A stretch of 64,000 nucleotides of DNA from Longimicrobiales bacterium (GCA_965248195.1 CBDFIQ010000001.1:736001-800000), one strand, 5' to 3'; shown: positions 37,110 to 48,928, counted from the stretch's first letter. A program made the numbers and translations. Notes: generated by a model from the sequence alone, not told the origin.

Positions 37110-38042
37110 GTGAGATTGGTGGGGCTTGCTTGCGTGGGCGCGTTGGTAGTGCTGGTGGCGGTTGCGGCGTTCCGTTTGCAGGCCGGGACCGAAGATCCCT
37201 CCGCGCTCGCCCCCCCCGACCCCTCCGCCCCGGCTCTGGTCGCGGGGCTGCTGCCCGCACCCGCGATGGGACCGATCCGCGCCGACGAGCAGGGAGGGAC
37301 GGAGCCTGCCGAGGCAATCGAGTCACAGGAACGCACGCGGGAGACCGTCACTCCCCCCGCCCGCCGCAGAAGAAACTTCCGGCGTCGGAGCCGCAACCGT
37401 TACCCAGGGCCCATCCCCACGCCCGCCGACTGGAAGCCGCCCGAAGGACCGGTGCGTATCGCGCTGCAGGCAGGCCACTGGAGAGCGAACGAGGCGCCCC
37501 GGGAGCTCCGCGGCCTGCGGAACAACGGGACCAGCTGGAGAGGGACGGCCGAGTGGGAGGTAAACTTGGAGATCGTTCGGCGCGCCGGCACGATGCTCGA
37601 GGGGATGGGTTACGAAGTCGACATCCTACCTGCGGTCGTTCCTCCGAGTTACCGGGCCCATCTCTTCATTTCAATTCATGCAGACGGGAGTAACGACCCC
37701 AACGCCTCCGGGTATCGCGTCGCGGCGCCGCGGCGAGACGCCACCGGCCGGGCGTCGCAAGTCGCGGCGCTGCTGGAGCGAAGCTACGGGGAGACGACAG
37801 GCATTAAACGCCTGCCGGCGGCCACTCGCCGCATGCGGAACTACTACGCGTTCAACTTCCGCCGGTACGAGCACGCCCTCCATCCCATGACGATTGCGGT
37901 GATCCTCGAGACGGGCTTCCTCACGAGCCAGAGTGATCGCCAGGTGCTCGTGCACGATCCGGAGCGCGCCGCACGCGGAATCGTCGATGCGGTGATGGCG
38001 TTCCCTGAGACACCGCCTCCGCGGGTCACCGACGACTCGTAG
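37110..38042 (+). CDS. N-acetylmuramoyl-L-alanine amidase (Amidase_3)
   Basis: IALQAGH, E...N, FISIHAD and ILETGFLT, after an N-terminal signal/TM and a Pro-rich linker. Confidence 0.85.
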   Translation: MRLVGLACVGALVVLVAVAAFRLQAGTEDPSALAPPDPSAPALVAGLLPAPAMGPIRADEQGGTEPAEAIESQERTRETVTPPARRRRNFRRRSRNRYPGPIPTPADWKPPEGPVRIALQAGHWRANEAPRELRGLRNNGTSWRGTAEWEVNLEIVRRAGTMLEGMGYEVDILPAVVPPSYRAHLFISIHADGSNDPNASGYRVAAPRRDATGRASQVAALLERSYGETTGIKRLPAATRRMRNYYAFNFRRYEHALHPMTIAVILETGFLTSQSDRQVLVHDPERAARGIVDAVMAFPETPPPRVTDDS

Positions 38043-38055
38043 GGCCTCATCGCCA

Positions 38056-38658
38056 CTACGCCGAATCCGCCCCATCGCCGCCTTGTCGAAGCCGGCCCAG
38101 GACTGCTTCCCCACGCGGCGACAGCCGGTAGCCTACCTTGAGGCTCTCGGTGAGGCCGAGGGCCTTGAGCTTCCGGATCTTGGCTTTGAACCGGGCCTTA
38201 TCCATCCTGCAATCCTGAGCCAGGCCAGCGGCGCGCTCGCCAGACCTCTCCCCGACAAGTGTCAGAACGCGACGGGTCCAGGGACCAGAGCCGCCGCGCG
38301 AGTCAAGGCGCGAGAGGCGCCCCAGGATCCCATCCACCTCCACCTCGTCAGGGATCGTTTCGCGTAGCGCAATGCGTGGATCGGGACCCGCCAGAGACAG
38401 GCGAACTCTGTAGAAGTCGCCATCCACCCGCTGTAACAACTGAGACTGGAGCGAGGCGAGACTCGAGAACCCAGCCGCGGCCGCCTCTTTTTCCGTGATC
38501 TCCTCGAGATTCACTACCTCGACGGTCTTAACCGCTAACTGGCCAATTGACGTGAGGAGCGTTCCGCCTGCCTTCACGGTGGGACGCCGCCACCTTCGAA
38601 ACGCCACCGTGATGGAGCCGCTTTCGATTCCGCTCAGAGTCTCCTGTTTCAGCAGCAT
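38056..38658 (-). CDS. ASCH-like domain + C-terminal HTH protein
   Basis: GI.SG.IT.AFRRW.RP.VKAG, then C-terminal FK..IRKLK.LGLTESL.VGYRLS. Confidence 0.65.
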   Translation of the reverse strand: MLLKQETLSGIESGSITVAFRRWRRPTVKAGGTLLTSIGQLAVKTVEVVNLEEITEKEAAAAGFSSLASLQSQLLQRVDGDFYRVRLSLAGPDPRIALRETIPDEVEVDGILGRLSRLDSRGGSGPWTRRVLTLVGERSGERAAGLAQDCRMDKARFKAKIRKLKALGLTESLKVGYRLSPRGEAVLGRLRQGGDGADSA

Positions 38659-38673
38659 TTCAGAGCCAGAACA

Positions 38674-38761
38674 CCACACTAAATGTGAATCGGTCGCCCC
38701 AGGGCCGATGGCGCACCCACACTAAATGTGAATCGGCCGCCCCAGGGCCGATAGCGCACCC
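38674..38761. repeat. 43-bp tandem duplication of the lpdA 3' end
   Basis: ccacactaaatgtgaatcggYcgccccagggccgatRgcgcac x2 with 2 mismatches. Confidence 0.95.
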
Positions 38762-40125
38762 TCGGCGATGGCCTCCGACAGGGTGGGATGCGGGTGCATG
38801 GCGCGGTCCATCTCTTCGACGGTGGATTCGAGATGGCGCCCCACCACGAACTCCGCGATCAGCTCCGTGGCGTGGGGTCCTACGATGTGGGCCCCGAGGA
38901 TCTCGGAGTACTGGGCGCCGCGAATGACCTTTACAAAACCCTCCGTGTGGCCGCCGGCCAACGCACGACCGTTGCCCACCCAGGGAAACTTCCCGACGTC
39001 GATCTCGAACCCCTGTTCCTTGGCCTCCTCCTCCGTAAGTCCGACCGATGCTACCTCGGGACTACAATACGTGCAGTTCGGAACGTTTTGATAGTCCACC
39101 GCGCCATTCGCATGACCGGCGATGGCCTCGACGCAGACCACCCCTTCGTGCATGGCTTTGTGGGCCAGTAACTGGTTGCCGGCGCAGTCGCCGATGGCGT
39201 AGACGCCCGCGGCGCTGGTCCGCATGTATTCGTCCACCACGAAGAAGCTTCGATCGTCGAGCTCGACCCCAGCGGCGTCCAGGCCCAGGTCCTCCGTGTT
39301 CGGTACCCGTCCCACGGCTGACAAGGCGTGCTGGACTTTCAGAATCTGCTGTTCGCCCTTCTTGTCCTTGAAGTTGATCTTGACGGACCGCTTCAGAACG
39401 TCCGCGCCCTCCACGACCGCCCCAGTGTGGAAATCGACGCCGCGCTTCTTGAAGCTCCGCTCAACCGCGGCTGACGAGTCGGCGTCCTCGAGCGGCAGGA
39501 TGCGGTCCAAGGCTTCAATGACCGTCACCTTCGTGCCGTAGGCGTTATAGACGTCAGCGAACTCCATGCCGACCGCACCGGCTCCCACCACCGCCAGCGT
39601 CTCCGGTGCTTCGACGCGAAAAAGGGCCCCGGTGGAGGACCAGATGCGGTCCTCATCGATCGGTAGGACCCCGATGTCTCTCGGCCGGGACCCAGTCGCC
39701 AGAATGACGTGCCCGGCGGTGTATGTCTGCATGCTCCCGTCCGTAGCCTCGACCTCTACGCCACCCCCACCCAACAGGCGGCCACGTCCCTCGATGTGGG
39801 TGACCTTGTTCTTCTTGAAGAGGTGGCCCACGCCCTTCGCCAGTTGTTCCGCGATCGCCTGGCTGCGCTCCTGGGCCGGCCCGAGGTCGACGTTCGCCTC
39901 GGAAAACGTGATTCCATGCGCTCCCGCCGTCTTCATTTCAGCCACCAGGGCGGCGCTGGTCAGAAGCGCCTTGGTGGGAATACACCCGATGTTGAGACAA
40001 ACACCACCGAGCTTGTCAGCTTCGACGCAAGCCACGTTCAATCCGAGTTGGGCTCCACGGATGGCCGCAACGTAGCCTCCGGGGCCTCCACCTATGATAA
40101 GTACGTCGAAGTTGTTTTCTGGCAC
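38722..40125 (-). CDS. lpdA: Dihydrolipoyl dehydrogenase (E3)
   Basis: GGGPGG, GGVCLNIGCIPTK, GAGAVG and HPHPTLSE. GTG start at 40125. Confidence 0.95.
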   Translation of the reverse strand: MPENNFDVLIIGGGPGGYVAAIRGAQLGLNVACVEADKLGGVCLNIGCIPTKALLTSAALVAEMKTAGAHGITFSEANVDLGPAQERSQAIAEQLAKGVGHLFKKNKVTHIEGRGRLLGGGGVEVEATDGSMQTYTAGHVILATGSRPRDIGVLPIDEDRIWSSTGALFRVEAPETLAVVGAGAVGMEFADVYNAYGTKVTVIEALDRILPLEDADSSAAVERSFKKRGVDFHTGAVVEGADVLKRSVKINFKDKKGEQQILKVQHALSAVGRVPNTEDLGLDAAGVELDDRSFFVVDEYMRTSAAGVYAIGDCAGNQLLAHKAMHEGVVCVEAIAGHANGAVDYQNVPNCTYCSPEVASVGLTEEEAKEQGFEIDVGKFPWVGNGRALAGGHTEGFVKVIRGAQYSEILGAHIVGPHATELIAEFVVGRHLESTVEEMDRAMHPHPTLSEAIAEGALSALGRPIHI

Positions 40126-40333
40126 GGCTTTACCTCTTTCGGAAGCAATCCGATCGCCAAAGGGCAAGCGGGTCGGGTGGAGAGTGGAATGCCCACTCTT
40201 CGGCGCACAGGGCTCGGCACCGGGAGTGGTCCCCGGAAGTTAATGCGAATTTCATTTACTTCGAGAGGGGCATGGGCCTATTGTGGTCCGTAGGGCTAGC
40301 CATTCCGTTTTTCCGGCTCAGTCGGAGGTTCAC

Positions 40334-40891
40334 ATGTGGGGATTACTTGCGGTTGCCGCGCTTTTTATAGGTGGAATTGCTCTCTATAACGGGCTTGTAA
40401 AACTGAGGGAACAGGCGGATGCGGCATGGGCGGACATCGACGTCCAGCTCAAGCGTCGCCATGATCTGATCCCCAACGTGGTTGAGACCGTAAAGGGTTA
40501 TGCGGCTCATGAGCATCAGACCCTCGAGGCCGTGGTGGCGGCGCGATCTTCGGCGATGTCGGCCCAGAGCCCGGCTGAAAAGGGTCAGGCCGAGGGCATG
40601 CTCGGCGGAGCGCTCAAATCGCTGTTCGCCCTCGCCGAGGCCTACCCGGATCTCAAGGCGGCCGACGGCTTTCGCGATCTCCAGGGAACGCTCACCGAAT
40701 TGGAGGATTCGATCCAGAACGCTCGGCGGTACTACAACGCGGTCGTTCGAGATTTCAACACCAGGATTCACCAGGTGCCGTCGAACCTGATCGCGAACAG
40801 TTTCAACTTTCGTGAACGGGAATTCTTCGAGGTACCAGAGGGTGAAAAGGCCGTACCCAACGTGAGCTTTAGCGACGGCACAGCCGGCTGA
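40334..40891 (+). CDS. lemA: LemA-family protein
   Basis: YNGLV, AWADIDVQLKRRHDLIPN, EAYPDLKA and ARRYYNA. RBS ggagg. Confidence 0.93.
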   Translation: MWGLLAVAALFIGGIALYNGLVKLREQADAAWADIDVQLKRRHDLIPNVVETVKGYAAHEHQTLEAVVAARSSAMSAQSPAEKGQAEGMLGGALKSLFALAEAYPDLKAADGFRDLQGTLTELEDSIQNARRYYNAVVRDFNTRIHQVPSNLIANSFNFREREFFEVPEGEKAVPNVSFSDGTAG

Positions 40892-40936
40892 CCCTCCTCT
40901 GCTGACGCCCCCTTTCCTCAGGGAGGTCTCCGGGCG

Positions 40937-42719
40937 ATGACGGGACGATGCCGCAGCCCCCTTGGTCTGGTATTCGCGTTACTCCTCCTCGGTAACCCCT
41001 CTTCCGCCACACCGGTCGCGGGCCAAAACAAGGCACTCGCGATCGAACAATTCGACGCCGAGATCGATGTCTTGCCGAGCGGTCGAATTCACGTCAGCGA
41101 GGCCATTCGATTCCGTTTCACGGGGTCCTGGGAAGGGGTGTTTCGCGATATTCCGGTTCGTTATGAGACTCTCCAGGGATTCAACTACCACCTGGATCTC
41201 AACGTAAACTCCGTTTTGGACGAGGGCGGCCAGCCCCTCGAATATGAGGAGAGCCGGGAGGGACAGTACAAGAGGGTCAAAATCTGGGTGCCCAGCGCTA
41301 CCGACGAGGCGCGGACGCTGCATATCGAATATTCCGTCGAGAATGCCCTACGCTTTATCGATCCGGAGGACAGTGACTTCGAGGCCGGCCATGACGAGTT
41401 CTATTGGAACGTCACGGGTGATGAGTGGGAGCCCCATTCAGGCCGCGACCGCCCGCATCGTGGTACCTCCTGACGTCACGGGTCTCGCGGCGCGGGTCTA
41501 CACGGGTCCCGTCGGCTCGAGCACCACCAGTAACGCCACGGCTACGGAATTAGAATCAGGATTCTATTTTGTGACGACGGAGCCGCTGGGGGCGCGGGAA
41601 GGCATGACCATTTCGATGGCGTGGGCCCCCGGCGTCATCGCGCGCCCCACGTCTTACGTCACGATCGTGCGCTTCTTTCGTTCGAATTGGATTTTCCTCG
41701 TACCCGTGGTGACCTTGATCCTGATGTATCGTCTCTGGAACGTTCGGGGCCGCGATCCGTCGCGTCTGGCCGTCAATCCGCAATACGAGCCGCCCGATGG
41801 AATGACCCCGGCTGAGATTGGCACCCTGATCGACAACAGCCCCGACCTATGTGACATCACTGCCTCCATCGTAGACCTCGCCGTCCGGGGGTATCTGAAG
41901 ATCGTGGAGCGAGAGCAAAAGGGCCTGGCAGGGTGGCTGAACGGGAACACCTACTCCTTCGAGCTGCTCAAGGAGTCTGAGGAGTGGTCGGAGCTGACTT
42001 CCCACGAGCGGGAGCTCATGAGCGGGCTGTTCGAGGGAGGGCTCCGCAAGATCGTGGATCTCGACGACCTGGAGCACGAGTTCTACAAACACATGACGGC
42101 CATCAAGGACGGCATATTCAACCGACTCCTACAGCTCGGTTACTATCACCACCGCCCGGACCAGGTCCGGAGCGCCTACCTGGGCGGCGGTATCGCGACC
42201 ACGGTGTTCTTGCTGGTCGGATTGGGGTTTTTGGGAGAGAGCTTCGAGGCCTTCTACTTTCCGCTGGGCGCGGGAATTCTCGCCGCCGTCCTCACCGCCA
42301 TTCCGATCATCGGGTTCGGAATGGTCATGCCGGCCCGGACCGTAAAGGGTGCCCGCCAGTTGGAGCACGTCCTCGGTTTCCAGGAGTTTCTCGACCGCGT
42401 CGAAGCGGATCACTTCCGGCGCATGATCGATTCACCCGAAATGTTCGAGCGGTACCTTCCCCACGCCATGGCGCTACAGGTGGAAAAGAAGTGGGCTCGA
42501 GCCTTCGAGGACTTGTATAAGAAACCTCCCGATTGGTACTCCGGTCCGCCTGGGCGGCGATTCAGGCCGACGATATTCGTAACGGACCTGGGAGGCATGT
42601 CCCACCGGGTCGGTAGCGCGATGAGCTCGCAGCCACGAAGCAGCGGAGGTTCGGGCTTCAGCGGGGGCGGGGGTTCCAGCGGAGGTGGTTTCGGGGGCGG
42701 TGGGGGGGGAGGGTTCTAA
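40937..42719 (+). pseudogene. DUF2207 membrane protein, frameshifted near 41432
   Basis: Frame 1 ends ...YWNVTGDEWE; frame 2 continues PIQAATARI... through YLPHAMAL to a Gly-rich C-terminus. Confidence 0.82.
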
Positions 42720-42784
42720 GAGGGACCCTACCTGCGACGTCCAGTCGAGCCGCCGGCCGGCTGTGGGCCGGTGCTGGCCCTTGA

Positions 42785-44215
42785 TTATCCTACCGTCGAC
42801 GCCACCCGTTCCGGTTCCGGGGTCCGCCCACTTTTATCCTTCACCTGCTGCGCCCGCCCCAGAGCCAGACAGAGCATGGCCCAGACGCCTGCCACGGGCA
42901 CGGTGGCGGCTGCAACCCATGCCAGCGTCAGCCCCATGGCAGCGAACATGCCGTCCACTCCCGCTCCAGCCACATCGCCTCCGCGATAAAGGAACACATC
43001 TATGATCGGCTTCGCCTTGTACTTCTCCGACGGTGAGACGACGCTGAACAATGTCTCACGGGCAGGCCTCGAAATGGCGTACCGAGTGGCGCGATGCAAC
43101 GCCTGGAAGACCGCCATGACACCGAAGACGGTCCAGACCGAGAGAATTGCGAAGCCCGCCATGGTCACGACGGGCAAGATGACCAGCGTCCATCCCACAC
43201 CGATGCGCTTGATCACCTGCGTGGTCACAAAAATCTGGACGAAGAGCGTGGCGGCCTGCGCGAAGGCGTCGAATTGGGCGAAGCCCGCTACTCGCTGGCT
43301 GAACGTGTCCGTGTTGTCGAGGATGATGTTGGCCTGCGTGAAGTAGATCATCGTATTCGAGATCGCCATCAGCACGATATAGGCACCGATGCCCAGCAGA
43401 TACGGCGAGCCCGCAATGGCCTTGGCACCATCCCAGAAGGTCCCGCCGATGTTCGCCGGGCCCGCGGAATCATCATGGCGTCCCTGATGGAACGGCTCCT
43501 CCCTCTCCCCCTGGTGACCTTGGACGGCCGCCCCGTCGGGGGTAAGCGGCGCATGCCCCGGGGAAAAGGCGAGGCGGTCCAGCGTGAGCATCACCGCGAT
43601 GGCCATCCCGAAAAAGGCGGCCCCTGTCAGCATGAGCCCCGCGGGGAGGTAGACCGACTCGGTCATCCCACTGATCACGTTCGTCGCCCAGCCGCCGACC
43701 AGCGCCCCGAGCGTGCCCCCGATGCCGATAAAGGCGAACATCCTCTTGCCCTGGCGCATGTCGAAGATGTCCACCATGAACGCCCAGAAAACGCTGGTCA
43801 CGAACAGGTTGATTGCGCTCAGCCAGACGAAGAAGATGTAGCCCACATACCGCGCCACGGGCGTCTCGGTATCCGTGCCGATGAGTCCCCCCCCGGCGGC
43901 CCCGTCAGCGATGAGCATCCCTGAAAAGACGATCAGGCACGCGATCACGAAGAGGTATGCAAGCGGAATGAACTTGCGGCGGTTGGTTCTCGCGACGACC
44001 CCACCGAAGGCGAGGACGAGCACGAGTGATACCAGCGACGTCCCCACGAAGAGCCAGCGGAGCTCGTCCATCCCCCTTGCGACCCCCATCGCCTCTCGTA
44101 CCGGACGGAGGAAGAAGTAGCCGCACAGTACGCAGAAGAAGTAGGCAACCGACAGGAGCGCGAGGGGCAGCTCCGCCTTCTTGATGTTCAGGATTCGTGA
44201 TAAGGTATCGGTCAC
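42785..44215 (-). CDS. MFS transporter of the Npt/TLC (ATP/ADP translocase-like) family
   Basis: YFFLRPVRE, SVFWAFM.D.F, KRMFAFI and RPARETLFS..KYKAK..ID...YRGGD. Confidence 0.82.
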   Translation of the reverse strand: MTDTLSRILNIKKAELPLALLSVAYFFCVLCGYFFLRPVREAMGVARGMDELRWLFVGTSLVSLVLVLAFGGVVARTNRRKFIPLAYLFVIACLIVFSGMLIADGAAGGGLIGTDTETPVARYVGYIFFVWLSAINLFVTSVFWAFMVDIFDMRQGKRMFAFIGIGGTLGALVGGWATNVISGMTESVYLPAGLMLTGAAFFGMAIAVMLTLDRLAFSPGHAPLTPDGAAVQGHQGEREEPFHQGRHDDSAGPANIGGTFWDGAKAIAGSPYLLGIGAYIVLMAISNTMIYFTQANIILDNTDTFSQRVAGFAQFDAFAQAATLFVQIFVTTQVIKRIGVGWTLVILPVVTMAGFAILSVWTVFGVMAVFQALHRATRYAISRPARETLFSVVSPSEKYKAKPIIDVFLYRGGDVAGAGVDGMFAAMGLTLAWVAAATVPVAGVWAMLCLALGRAQQVKDKSGRTPEPERVASTVG

Positions 44216-44374
44216 CTGCTCGCGTCCTTGCCCCGGGGGAACCAAACCTTCAGCCGGGCCCATCCGGCCGAGGGGTAAGGCAACCTAAGGTTGCAAGGCG
44301 CTCGACGCACCGCCTGAATGCACCTGGGGGCGCTGCCGGCCCGTCAGGAGCAGGAGCCCGTCAGGCCAAGCCCG

Positions 44375-45715
44375 TCAGGCCAGGATGGCCGCAGGCTCCT
44401 CGAGCATTTCCTTCAAGGTCGCAAGGAACGCGGCGCCGAGCGCGCCGTCGATCACACGGTGATCGCAACTCATCGTGATTTTCATGCGGTTGCGAACAAC
44501 TACCTGACCCGCCTCCACCACCGGAACCTCCTCCACCCCACCGACGGCCAGAATGCCTGATTCGGGCGGATTGATCACCGCGGTGAACTCGTGGATTCCG
44601 AACATTCCCAGGTTGGATATCGAGAACGTGGCTCCGGTATACTCGTCCGGCTTGAGCCTCTTCTCCCTGGCCCTGCCAGCCAACTCCCGTACCTCGGCGC
44701 CGATGTGGGCCACGCCCTTCAGGTCGGCGTCGCGGATGACGGGAGTTATGAGGCCGTCCTCGACCGCGACGGCCACGCCGATATGCACGCGGTTGAAGCG
44801 CCGGATCGAGTCGCCGAGCCAATGTGCGTTACACGCCGGATGGCGTTTGAGCGCTGCTGCCGTCGCTCGAATGATCAGGTCGTTGAGAGAGATCTTTCGG
44901 CCCTCCCGCTCGAGCATGGCGTTGATCGTGGCGCGAGCCTCCATCGCCCGCCCCATATCCACCTCGATCGTGAGAAAAAAGTGGGGCACAGGGCCGATCG
45001 ATTCCGCCAGTCGCCGTGCGATGGTCTTCCGCATCTGCGAGAGCGGAAGGTCATCGAATTCGTCGCCGGACGGGACGAACACCGGTGCGACCGGCATCGG
45101 AGCGGGAGTCCCGCCAGCCTCCATCGGTGCAATCGTCGGACCGGCCGCGATGGCCGCCTCAACGTCCCGCTTCACGATGCGCCCCGCGGGTCCCGATCCA
45201 GTCACGCTCGCCAACTCGACGCCTGACTCGGCGGCCAGGCGGCGTGCCACCGGGGAGGACTTGATCCGGCTATCGATCGCGCCATCGGAACCCTCGGCCA
45301 CGGCGGCCCGACCGGTGGCTGATGAAGCCTGCCCGGCGACCACGTCGCGCCCGGCAGCCGCCTCGACCTCGGCAGCCACCTCGACCTCCGCAGGCGCCTC
45401 TTCGCTTTCACCCCGGCTCGCCCCGTTCCCCCCTGAAGCGGCGACCGCTGCGGCTTGGATCTCCGCGATGTCCTCGTCGGCGGCGCCGATCAGGGCGATC
45501 ACCTCGCCCACCGGGGCCGTGCCGCCTTCAGCTACCAGGATAGCGCGGAGGACGCCGTCTCCCCGGGCGGTCAGCTCCATCGTCGCCTTGTCGGTTTCGA
45601 TCTCGGCGATGATGTCCCCGTGGGTGACGCCGTCCCCTTCGGCCTTGAGCCACTTTACCACCTGCCCCTCCTCCATCGTCGGGGAGAGGGCCTCCATGTG
45701 AACCTTAGTCGCCAT
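44375..45715 (-). CDS. pdhC: Pyruvate dehydrogenase E2 dihydrolipoamide acetyltransferase
   Basis: Lipoyl motif ETDKA, E3-binding domain and DHRVIDG. Confidence 0.95.
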   Translation of the reverse strand: MATKVHMEALSPTMEEGQVVKWLKAEGDGVTHGDIIAEIETDKATMELTARGDGVLRAILVAEGGTAPVGEVIALIGAADEDIAEIQAAAVAASGGNGASRGESEEAPAEVEVAAEVEAAAGRDVVAGQASSATGRAAVAEGSDGAIDSRIKSSPVARRLAAESGVELASVTGSGPAGRIVKRDVEAAIAAGPTIAPMEAGGTPAPMPVAPVFVPSGDEFDDLPLSQMRKTIARRLAESIGPVPHFFLTIEVDMGRAMEARATINAMLEREGRKISLNDLIIRATAAALKRHPACNAHWLGDSIRRFNRVHIGVAVAVEDGLITPVIRDADLKGVAHIGAEVRELAGRAREKRLKPDEYTGATFSISNLGMFGIHEFTAVINPPESGILAVGGVEEVPVVEAGQVVVRNRMKITMSCDHRVIDGALGAAFLATLKEMLEEPAAILA

Positions 45716-45744
45716 ACTTTGGCCAGTTCGCTGCGATGGGCACG

Positions 45745-46725
<981 letters not shown>

Positions 46726-46730
46726 ATCCC

Positions 46731-47795
46731 CTACTTCCCACGCCCGTCGAAGAAAAGACGCCCGTGGGGATTGATCTCGGAGTAAACATGCCGGTAAAGG
46801 GTAGCCACCTCGGGCTCGGGGGCAGCCTCGGCGAAGTCGACCGCTGCGTCCACGATGGCCCTCACTTCCTTATCGATCGCCTCGAGTTCTTCGCCGGTGA
46901 GGAGCTCCGTCGAGAACATCCGATCCCGGAGAATGCAGATCGGATCCGCGTTCTCGGTCCGGTCGTCGACTTCCTCCTTCGACCGGTACGTCCCGGAGAC
47001 CGGATCGGACATCGAATGGCCCTTGAACCGGTAACATTCTACGTCGACGAACCGGGGGCCGCCGCCATTCCGAACAGTCTCGATCAGGCCGTCGAAGTGG
47101 GCATAGGTGGCCATGACGTCCTCCCCGTCGACGACCGTGGCGGGCACACCGTGCGAAGCGGCCTTCTGCACCATCTCCGTCTCCGACATCCGGCTGAACT
47201 TCGTGCCCATGCCGTACGCGTTGTTCTCGACGACATAGATCACTGGGAGATCCCAGATGGCTGCCATATTCATGGACTCATGGAACGCGCCCTGGTTGAC
47301 AGCGGCATCGCCGAGGAAACATACACAGACCTGATCGCCGCCCCGATAATGGATCGCCCAGGCCATACCCAAGGCCAGTGGGGCTTGGGCCCCTACGATG
47401 CCGTTCCCCCCCATGAAGCCCACATCCGCACCGAACATGTGCATCGAGCCACCCGACCCACCCGAGGTTCCACTGGCCTTTCCGTAAAGCTCGGACATGA
47501 CCGCCTCGGGGGAGAGACCCTTCGCTAGCGCCTGCGTGTGCGACCGGTACGACGAGATGACGTAATCGTCCTGTCGGAGAGGCAGGATGCACCCGGCGGC
47601 GGCACCCTCCTGGCCGATGTGGAGGTGACAGAATCCTCCGATTTTGCCAATCGCGTATGCTTCTTCGGCCTTCTCCTCGAATCTCCGGTAGAGAAGCATC
47701 TGCGTGAGGAGCTCGAGGAGCTGCTCTTTGGAGAACCCGCCGAGCGCGGGACCTCCATTCACAACACTGACTGCTGCGGTCTCAGTATCGGCCAT
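46731..47795 (-). CDS. pdhA: Pyruvate dehydrogenase E1 alpha
   Basis: GFCHLHIGQE, GSMH, GDAA..ENN and GHSMSDP. TGATG coupling to lipA. Confidence 0.95.
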   Translation of the reverse strand: MADTETAAVSVVNGGPALGGFSKEQLLELLTQMLLYRRFEEKAEEAYAIGKIGGFCHLHIGQEGAAAGCILPLRQDDYVISSYRSHTQALAKGLSPEAVMSELYGKASGTSGGSGGSMHMFGADVGFMGGNGIVGAQAPLALGMAWAIHYRGGDQVCVCFLGDAAVNQGAFHESMNMAAIWDLPVIYVVENNAYGMGTKFSRMSETEMVQKAASHGVPATVVDGEDVMATYAHFDGLIETVRNGGGPRFVDVECYRFKGHSMSDPVSGTYRSKEEVDDRTENADPICILRDRMFSTELLTGEELEAIDKEVRAIVDAAVDFAEAAPEPEVATLYRHVYSEINPHGRLFFDGRGK

Positions 47796-48928
47796 CAAAT
47801 GCGTCCCTCTTCCCAACCGACGATCGCACCCGAATCCAACCGATCCGGACGCGCAATTTTCAACTGAACGAGGTTCAAATCCGGCACGACTTCCGCTGGC
47901 GCCGACACGTCAGCCTCCAGAACCCGCTGAATGCTACCGGGCGCCCCGGCCTCGACTTCCCTGGCCTGTTCCTTGGCGTGATAGCTGGAACGCACGAGGG
48001 GACCCGACTCTACGTGCTTGAATCCGAAGTGCTCCTCACCGACCCGTTTCCACTCGGCGAACTCGCCGGGGCTCACCCAGCGTGCGACTGGAATATGTTG
48101 CATCGACGGCCTCAGATATTGGCCCAAGGTGAGAATGTCGACGGCCGCCTCCCGAAGATCACCCATCGCCTGACGGATCTCCCCAGCCTCCTCCCCCATC
48201 CCGAGGATGAGGCCCGTTTTCGTGAGAAGCGAAGCGTCGATCCTCTTGGCCGCTCCCAGGAAGGAGATGGAGCGCCAATAACGGCCGCCCGGACGCACAT
48301 CGGGATGAACCCTCTCGACCGTCTCCAGATTGTGTCCCAGAATCGCCGGTTTGGCTTCCATGACGACCCGGAGCGCGGCTTCGTCCCCCTTGAAGTCCGG
48401 AATGAGTACCTCGACCGAGCAACCGGGGACGGCATCGTGGATGCGCCTGATCGTCTCCGCATAAATGCTGGCGCCGCCGTCAGAGAGCTCATCCCGATTG
48501 ACGCTCGTGATCACCACGTGTTCGAGCGCCATGGCACGCACCGTGTCGGCAACGCGGATGGGCTCCTCGAGGTCCAGCTCAGTCGGCAGCCCATGGGCTA
48601 CCGCGCAGTACTTACAGGCGCGGGTACAGACGTCTCCGAGGATCATAAAAGTGGCCGTGCCGGCCTCCCAACACTCTCCGATATTGGGACAGCCCGCCTC
48701 CTCACAGACCGTGTGCAGCGCCTGGCTTCTCATGAGGCTCTTGAGCCGAAGATACTCCGTTCCCCCAGGCGACCGGACCTTCAGCCACTCCGGTTTTCGG
48801 GCGCGCGTGGGCACCGTGTCCAACCCCTCGTGGGCCCGAATGCTCGAGCTCCCTTTGGGCTTGACCAAACCGGTGTCCTTACCGCCCGGAGCATAGCCCC
48901 CGGACGATTCCATGAGCGTCTTCTGCAC
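47795..48928 (-). CDS. lipA: Lipoyl synthase
   Basis: CEEAGCPNIGEC, CTRACKYC and RSSY. Confidence 0.95.
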   Translation of the reverse strand: MQKTLMESSGGYAPGGKDTGLVKPKGSSSIRAHEGLDTVPTRARKPEWLKVRSPGGTEYLRLKSLMRSQALHTVCEEAGCPNIGECWEAGTATFMILGDVCTRACKYCAVAHGLPTELDLEEPIRVADTVRAMALEHVVITSVNRDELSDGGASIYAETIRRIHDAVPGCSVEVLIPDFKGDEAALRVVMEAKPAILGHNLETVERVHPDVRPGGRYWRSISFLGAAKRIDASLLTKTGLILGMGEEAGEIRQAMGDLREAAVDILTLGQYLRPSMQHIPVARWVSPGEFAEWKRVGEEHFGFKHVESGPLVRSSYHAKEQAREVEAGAPGSIQRVLEADVSAPAEVVPDLNLVQLKIARPDRLDSGAIVGWEEGRI

